Positions 32,618 to 37,588 of a stretch of 37,588 nt of DNA are shown one piece after another. The translations under genes were made by a program, and so were the position numbers. The DNA is from an uncultured beta proteobacterium (GTDB lineage: Bacteria; Pseudomonadota; Gammaproteobacteria; Burkholderiales; SG8-39): the NCBI GenBank assembly GCA_903868285.1, contig CAIPUP010000256.1:1-37588 (forward strand). Direction: 5' to 3'. The notes below the pieces were generated by a model. That model searched no databases. It was not told where the DNA came from and saw only the letters and a list, made by a program, of their open reading frames with translations. How positions within the stretch are numbered: the stretch's first letter is position 1; each line of letters starts with the position of its first letter.

Positions 32618-35218
32618 TTGGGCAAGTCTGCCGTCAGAGCCCTGATCGTCTTCATGCTGTGCGCGCTGCTGCCGCTGGGCTCCTGGGCGGCCGGCCTGGG
32701 ACGCCTGTCGGTGTTGTCTTCGCTGGGCCAGCCGCTACGCGCAGAAATCGAGGTGGTATCGCAGCCGGGTGAAGACCTTGACGGTCTGAGCGCAAAACTG
32801 GCACCGATCGAGGCCTATCGGGTTGCCAAGATCGAATTCGCTGACGCTTTGCTGGCGGTGACGGCCAGCGTGCAGCGCCGTGGCAATGCCCTGGTGGTGC
32901 TGTTGTCTTCGATCCAGCCGATGAATGATCCTTTCATCGATGTACTGGTGGAGTTGAACTGGGCCAGCGGTCGTCTGGTGCGTGAATACACCTTCCTGCT
33001 GGACCCGCCGGAATATCGCGGGCCGGCCCAGGCCGCTATGCCGGCGGTGGTCGAGCCGGCCCGTACCGAACCACTGGTGCTGGTTGCACCCGCGACTGCG
33101 CCCGCGACCGCACCCGCGACTGCACCTGCCGCCGCCCCTGCCAGCGCGCCATCGTCAGCCGCGGTCATGGTGCCACCACCCGGCACCGGTCAGTCGCTGC
33201 CCGCTGCCAGAGCCTCAGCGGCGGCCTCAGCGGCGGCCCCGGCCTTGCCCGCGCGTGCGGCGTCCCCGACGGGACGTGCGGCGTCAGCCGCTGCACCGAC
33301 TGCTGCAGCAACAACCATGGCGCCGACTGCGGCGGCAGCCGCGCAGGTGGAGTCAACCCAGGGCACGCACCTGGTCAAGCCGGGTGACACCTTGGGGCGT
33401 GTGGCGCAGCAATACGCCATCGAGGGCGTTTCGCTGGAGCAGATGCTGATCAGCTTGCAGCGCGGCAATCCGCAGGCCTTTGAGGAGCAGAACATCAACC
33501 GTCTGCGCACAGGGCAGATTCTGCAACTGCCTGATCGTGCCGCAGCCTCAGCCATAGAGCCAGCGCAAGCCCGGCAGCAGGTGGCGGCACAGGCGCTGGC
33601 GTTCCGTGAGTTTCGCGGCAGTCTGGCGCAGGCGGTAGCCGCTGCGCCCGCGCGTACCGAAGCCACCCGCCAGGCCAGTGGCCGCGTCGCAGCGCCGCAA
33701 GCCGAGCAGCCTGCTGCGCCGCCTGCGCGCAGTGACCAGTTGCGCTTGTCCAGCAGCAATGACCGTGACAGCAAAGCTGGCAAGGACGCCAAGGCTGGTA
33801 AGGACGTCAAGGATGCCAAGGACGGCAAAGCCGGCAAGGGCGTAGCCGCTGCCGAAGCCTCGGCCAGCAAGGACGATGAAGTGGCGCGCCAGAAAATGGC
33901 CAAGGAGTTGCAGGAGCGGATCGCGCTGCTTGAACGTAATCTGGATGACATCGCCAAGCTGGAAGCGCTCAAACGTCAGGCGGCTGGCGCAGCCACCGAT
34001 GCGCCAGCCGCTGCGTCCGGCAATAACAGCGCTGCGGGCGGCAATACTGTTAATCCGGCTCCGGATGCCGCGACGGCACCGACCGCCGCCGCTGTGACGG
34101 CGCCAGTCGCAGCGCCGCCGGCGGCGGCTCCCGCCGACGAAGCGTTCTCGATCGAAGCGATGCTCGATAGCGCGATGCAGTTCGTTGATGAAGCGCTGCG
34201 CGGAATCGACGCGGCGTACGACGCCGTGCTTGCGCTGTGGACGTCCCTGACGGACAGCCAGGATGTTCTCGCGGAATTACTGCAGCTGCTGTCGGAGGAT
34301 CCATTGCTGGCACTGGCGGTGCTGTTATGCCCGTTATTGTTGTTGTTCTTGCTGGTGTCGTTGTTGCGCCGCCGGCGCGCCTTGGCACAGCCGGCACAGG
34401 AAAGCGCTGACGCAATAGCGTTGGACACGATGGCGTTGGACACAGCGGGGTTGAACACAAAGGCGCCGGCGACGGGTTTTGCGATGGTCGAACCGAGCAT
34501 CAATGATGATCGGCCAGCCGATAGCAAGCTGCTGACACCAGCTAATGCAGCGCCGTCTGGCCCGGACAAACCTGCGGTCGGTGGCGTTGAGTTGGACTTT
34601 GATCTCGATTTCGATACCGATCCGAAGCCATCGGTGTCGGCCGAGCAAGCTTGGGATGGCAGCACAGACACAACGCCGCTCACGCCAGGGGCGGTGCAGC
34701 CTGCGCTGGATGCCGAGGTGCTGCCGTTGGAGCTTGCGCCGCCTGCCGGGCCTGCAGCGCCGGCGACCATGTTGGATTTCGAGGTCGAAGCGGGTGAATC
34801 GTCGCCGCTGGAGACCACGCTCTCTGCCGCAGCCAGCTATCAGGACACCGTGCTCGACTTCGATCTGACCGAGGATGCGGCTGCCCCGACACCAGCGGCG
34901 TCGGCCACCATCCCGAACGTCGCCAGCAGCGAGCGCCCCGCGATCAATTTCGAAGGTATCAGCCTTGAACTTGACCCTCCGTTGGCTGCAGCCAGTGCCG
35001 ATTCCTCAGCGCCGACGCTACCCAAGACCGAGGTGGTTTCGACCGATAGCGCCCCCGAAGCGGTTTGGCAGGAAGTGGAAATCAAGCTCGATCTGGCCAA
35101 GGCTTATCTAGAAATGACGGATCGTGAGGGTGCGCGGGAATTGCTCAAGGAAGCCATCGCCGAGGGCGACGCTGCGCAGCAGCAGCGTGCCAAGACCATG
35201 CTCGACAGTCTGGCTTGA
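32618..35218 (+). CDS. fimV: FimV/HubP-family polar-organiser protein (LysM domain, low-complexity linker, TM helix, C-terminal FimV TPR-like motif)
   Basis: - Signal-like N-terminus ...ALIVFMLCALLPLGSWA followed by GLGRLSVLSSLGQPLRAEIEV.
- LysM domain: HLVKPGDTLGRVAQQY...GQILQLP.
- TM segment: LLALAVLLCPLLLLFLLVSLLRRRR.
- C-terminus: EIKLDLAKAYLEMTDREGARELLKEAI.
- Proposed start is the TTG at 32618 with AAGGA 7 nt upstream; the track start at 32498 adds a non-signal-like leader. Confidence 0.85.
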   Translation: MGKSAVRALIVFMLCALLPLGSWAAGLGRLSVLSSLGQPLRAEIEVVSQPGEDLDGLSAKLAPIEAYRVAKIEFADALLAVTASVQRRGNALVVLLSSIQPMNDPFIDVLVELNWASGRLVREYTFLLDPPEYRGPAQAAMPAVVEPARTEPLVLVAPATAPATAPATAPAAAPASAPSSAAVMVPPPGTGQSLPAARASAAASAAAPALPARAASPTGRAASAAAPTAAATTMAPTAAAAAQVESTQGTHLVKPGDTLGRVAQQYAIEGVSLEQMLISLQRGNPQAFEEQNINRLRTGQILQLPDRAAASAIEPAQARQQVAAQALAFREFRGSLAQAVAAAPARTEATRQASGRVAAPQAEQPAAPPARSDQLRLSSSNDRDSKAGKDAKAGKDVKDAKDGKAGKGVAAAEASASKDDEVARQKMAKELQERIALLERNLDDIAKLEALKRQAAGAATDAPAAASGNNSAAGGNTVNPAPDAATAPTAAAVTAPVAAPPAAAPADEAFSIEAMLDSAMQFVDEALRGIDAAYDAVLALWTSLTDSQDVLAELLQLLSEDPLLALAVLLCPLLLLFLLVSLLRRRRALAQPAQESADAIALDTMALDTAGLNTKAPATGFAMVEPSINDDRPADSKLLTPANAAPSGPDKPAVGGVELDFDLDFDTDPKPSVSAEQAWDGSTDTTPLTPGAVQPALDAEVLPLELAPPAGPAAPATMLDFEVEAGESSPLETTLSAAASYQDTVLDFDLTEDAAAPTPAASATIPNVASSERPAINFEGISLELDPPLAAASADSSAPTLPKTEVVSTDSAPEAVWQEVEIKLDLAKAYLEMTDREGARELLKEAIAEGDAAQQQRAKTMLDSLA
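33092..33151 (+). repeat. in-frame 12-bp tandem repeat (5 units) encoding ATAP-ATAP-ATAP-AAAP-ASAP inside fimV
   Basis: Units GCGACTGCGCCC, GCGACCGCACCC, GCGACTGCACCT, GCCGCCGCCCCT and GCCAGCGCGCCA. Confidence 0.7.
33773..33841 (+). repeat. in-frame imperfect repeat encoding KAGKDAKAGKDVKDAKDGKAGKG inside fimV
   Basis: Repeated AAG GAC / GGY AAR codon blocks, read directly. Confidence 0.6.
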
Positions 35219-35294
35219 GCATCTTGTTGCAGTACGCGCTGGTCGCACTAATGCTCGCCTTCCTCATGGCCTGGTTCGGCGCATCGTTGAACGT

Positions 35295-36143
35295 ATGACA
35301 GCCAGTCGTATCGCCCTGGGATTGAGTTACAACGGCCGTGACTTTGCTGGCTGGCAGTCGCAACCCGATGGCAATACCGTGCAGGACACATTGGAACGGG
35401 CCTTGGCGGTGATTGCCAACGCACCCGTGCGGGTGGCAGCCGCGGGCCGCACCGATGCCGGGGTGCATGCCTTGTCACAAGTCGTGCATTTCGATACCGA
35501 GGCAGAGCGCGACGCGCAGGCCTGGGTGCGTGGCAGCAATGCCAATCTGCCTGCAAGCATTGCTGTGCAATGGGCCCGGCGCGTACCAGCCGATTTCCAT
35601 GCGCGATTTTCGGCGCAGTCGCGCTCCTATCGCTATGTGTTGCATGACCATCCGGTACGACCATCCATTCACGATGGACTGGTGGGCTGGTTTCATCAGC
35701 CCCTCGATGTGCCAGCGATGCAGTTTGCCGCGCAGGCCTTGATGGGCGAGCATGATTTCAGCGCCTTTCGCGCCGCCGAATGCCAGGCCCGTACGCCGGT
35801 ACGGGTGCTGGAGTCGCTGACGGTTCAGCGTCACGCCGGGCATGTGGTGTTCGGCCTGACGGCCAATGCCTTTTTGCATCACATGGTGCGAAACATTGTT
35901 GGCTGTCTGGTGTACGTGGGTTGCGGTCGGCAGCCGCCACAATGGCTGGCCGAAGTGCTGGCCTCGCGTCAGCGTCGTGTGGCAGCGCCGACTTTTTCCG
36001 CCAGTGGCTTGTATTTGTCTGCGGTGCGCTACGACCCGCAGTTGCAACTTCCCGCCGGTTGCGCCCTGACGTTGCCGGCGCTGCCGGTGCTGCCGGAAAT
36101 GGCAGAACATCCCGATTCGATTTCTCCGCAGGACCCGCGCTGA
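35295..36143 (+). CDS. truA: tRNA pseudouridine(38-40) synthase
   Basis: RIALGLSYNGRDFAGWQ N-terminus and AAAGRTDAGVHA catalytic-Asp motif. The start at 35295 removes a 57-aa extension that overlaps fimV. Confidence 0.92.
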   Translation: MTASRIALGLSYNGRDFAGWQSQPDGNTVQDTLERALAVIANAPVRVAAAGRTDAGVHALSQVVHFDTEAERDAQAWVRGSNANLPASIAVQWARRVPADFHARFSAQSRSYRYVLHDHPVRPSIHDGLVGWFHQPLDVPAMQFAAQALMGEHDFSAFRAAECQARTPVRVLESLTVQRHAGHVVFGLTANAFLHHMVRNIVGCLVYVGCGRQPPQWLAEVLASRQRRVAAPTFSASGLYLSAVRYDPQLQLPAGCALTLPALPVLPEMAEHPDSISPQDPR

Positions 36144-36859
36144 TGAACATCCCGATGACTGCAGGTACAACCACGCTTGCGAAGGTTCGGACCCGAATCA
36201 AGGTCTGTGGCTTGACCCGCATCGCCGATGCTGAAGCGGCGGTGATGCACGGCGCCGATGCCCTGGGCTTGATTTTCTGGAAACCCAGCCCGCGCTACAT
36301 CGATCCGCTGGCGGCGCAGCCGCTGGTCAGTTGCGCCGGCCCCTTTGTCGCCACGGTAGGTGTGTTCGTCAACCCGACGCGCGATGAAGTGCTGCGCGCC
36401 ATCGAGCAGGCCGGAATCTCGACGCTGCAATTCCATGGCGAAGAAGACCCCGACTTTTGCGCTGGCTTTCAGCGTCCCTGGATCAAGGCCTTCAAAGTCG
36501 GCCAGCCAGTCAGCCAGGTTTTGCCACGCAAGTCGGCGTCTGTCCCAGGGGGCGAACAGGGGGATTTGCTAGAATCCACCCTTTCGTATCAAGCGGCTTC
36601 GGCGTGGCTATTCGATGCCTTTGATGCCCGTCTCGTGGGTGGCACCGGCGAGGCGTTCGACTGGAATCTGGTACCAAAGAACCTTGCCCGGCCGCTGGTA
36701 TTGTCTGGCGGCTTGAATGTCTCGAATGTCGGTGATGCCGTTCGTCGCCTGCGTCCCTATGCCGTCGATGTCTCCAGTGGCGTGGAGCTGGACAAAGGCA
36801 TCAAGGACGCCGGCCGGATTGCCGCTTTCATCCATGGAGTACGTGATGCAGATCAGTGA
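36143..36859 (+). CDS. trpF: phosphoribosylanthranilate isomerase
   Basis: [29 protein letters not shown] and AVDVSSGVE motifs. The ATG overlaps the truA stop (TGATG). The upstream 121 codons of the track ORF are out-of-context overlap with truA. Confidence 0.9.
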   Translation: MNIPMTAGTTTLAKVRTRIKVCGLTRIADAEAAVMHGADALGLIFWKPSPRYIDPLAAQPLVSCAGPFVATVGVFVNPTRDEVLRAIEQAGISTLQFHGEEDPDFCAGFQRPWIKAFKVGQPVSQVLPRKSASVPGGEQGDLLESTLSYQAASAWLFDAFDARLVGGTGEAFDWNLVPKNLARPLVLSGGLNVSNVGDAVRRLRPYAVDVSSGVELDKGIKDAGRIAAFIHGVRDADQ

Positions 36860-37588
36860 CCTTCCCCGCGATTTACCGGATGCCCGGGGCCATTTTGGCC
36901 CGTATGGCGGCGTGTTCGTTTCCGAAACGCTGGTGCATGCGCTGGATGAACTGCGTTTGGCCTACGAGAAATACCGCAAGGATCCGGAATTCATCCGCGA
37001 GTTCGAATACGAGCTCAAGCACTATGTCGGTCGTCCCAGCCCGGTCTATCACGCCAAGCATTGGTCCGATCATCTGGGCGGGGCGCAGATCTATCTCAAG
37101 CGTGAGGATCTGAACCACACTGGCGCACACAAGATCAACAACACCATCGGTCAGGCCATGCTGGCCCGACGCATGGGCAAAAAACGCGTGATTGCTGAAA
37201 CCGGCGCCGGTCAGCATGGCGTTGCCACTGCCACCATCGCTGCTCGCTATGGCATGGAATGCGTGGTCTACATGGGCTCCGAGGACGTCAAGCGTCAGGC
37301 TGCCAACGTCTATCGCATGAAGCTGCTGGGCGCGACCGTGGTGCCGGTCGAGTCGGGTTCCAAGACGCTCAAGGATGCGCTCAACGAAGCCATGCGCGAC
37401 TGGGTCACCAACGTCGAGAGCACGTTCTACATCATCGGCACCGTGGCCGGTCCGCATCCTTACCCAATGATGGTGCGTGATTTCAATTCGGTCGTCGGCA
37501 AGGAGTGTCTGGTGCAGATGCCGGAGATGACCGGTCGCCAGCCGGATGCGGTGATCGCCTGTGTCGGCGGCGGATCGAACGCCATCGG
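36846..37588 (+). CDS. trpB: tryptophan synthase beta chain, 5' partial (continues past the window end)
   Basis: My own translation from the ATG at 36846 gives [36 protein letters not shown]...[16 protein letters not shown] (PLP lysine)...[12 protein letters not shown]...[11 protein letters not shown]. There is no stop before the window end, so it is absent from the ORF track. It overlaps the trpF 3' end by 14 nt. Confidence 0.93.
   Translation, partial: MQISDLPRDLPDARGHFGPYGGVFVSETLVHALDELRLAYEKYRKDPEFIREFEYELKHYVGRPSPVYHAKHWSDHLGGAQIYLKREDLNHTGAHKINNTIGQAMLARRMGKKRVIAETGAGQHGVATATIAARYGMECVVYMGSEDVKRQAANVYRMKLLGATVVPVESGSKTLKDALNEAMRDWVTNVESTFYIIGTVAGPHPYPMMVRDFNSVVGKECLVQMPEMTGRQPDAVIACVGGGSNAI

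Noticed and set aside
33092-33841. CRISPR-like or minisatellite array
   Set aside because: The repeats are 12-15 bp, in frame and inside fimV, where they encode low-complexity linker. There are no spacers of unique sequence and no cas genes.
33190-34818. Minus-strand ORFs 33190-33972 (260 aa) and 33976-34818 (280 aa) opposite fimV
   Set aside because: They are Ala/Ser-rich mirror images of the Ala/Pro-rich FimV linker. The plus frame carries the LysM, TM and C-terminal FimV motifs.
35124-36142. N-terminal extensions of the track ORFs for truA (35124-35294) and trpF (35780-36142), and similarly 3810-3932, 27951-28055 and 32498-32617
   Set aside because: The extensions overlap the preceding genes or lack an RBS, and they do not resemble the conserved N-termini. 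Internal starts with SD sequences match the family N-termini.
36856-37457. Track ORFs 36856-37113 (+, 85 aa) and 36873-37457 (-, 194 aa)
   Set aside because: They are out of frame with or antisense to the clear trpB reading frame that starts at 36846.

Overview
This is a visibly GC-rich chromosomal segment. Its gene order (aroC ... leuC-leuD-leuB-asd-fimV-truA-trpF-trpB) is typical of Betaproteobacteria; that is an inference from synteny, not from a search. I call 35 protein-coding genes and reject the many long antisense shadow ORFs in the track.

The right third (about 24.5-37.6 kb) is conserved housekeeping. trpB is real but absent from the ORF track because it runs off the 3' end.

The left two thirds is accessory or metabolic:
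- a two-component flavin cluster (FMN reductase, LLM oxidoreductase, amidohydrolase_2)
- a membrane-anchored GltS-like FMN protein
- a hicB-hicA toxin-antitoxin pair
- a DUF421 membrane protein
- msrB-srkA, fahA, a MetE-like protein, an orphan LivJ-type binding protein, another acyl-CoA ligase and a CBS protein

My top candidate for an undescribed system is a four-gene minus-strand operon joining an Stf0-family sulfotransferase to cysD, cysNC and cysQ. It covers PAPS supply, sulfuryl transfer and PAP removal, and its acceptor is unknown. It is divergently flanked by a stand-alone Aas-type acyl-ACP synthetase homologue and a translationally coupled acyl-CoA ligase / LLM oxidoreductase / alpha-beta hydrolase operon.

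Non-coding observations:
- a roughly 30-bp AT-rich element family whose core matches the IHF consensus exactly (the exact 13-mer occurs three times)
- a perfect 16-bp palindrome, a 13-bp tandem repeat and a G8 tract in the sulfotransferase / acyl-ACP synthetase divergent region
- a few promoter-like sites

I recognised no rRNA, tRNA, CRISPR array, transposase or integrase.
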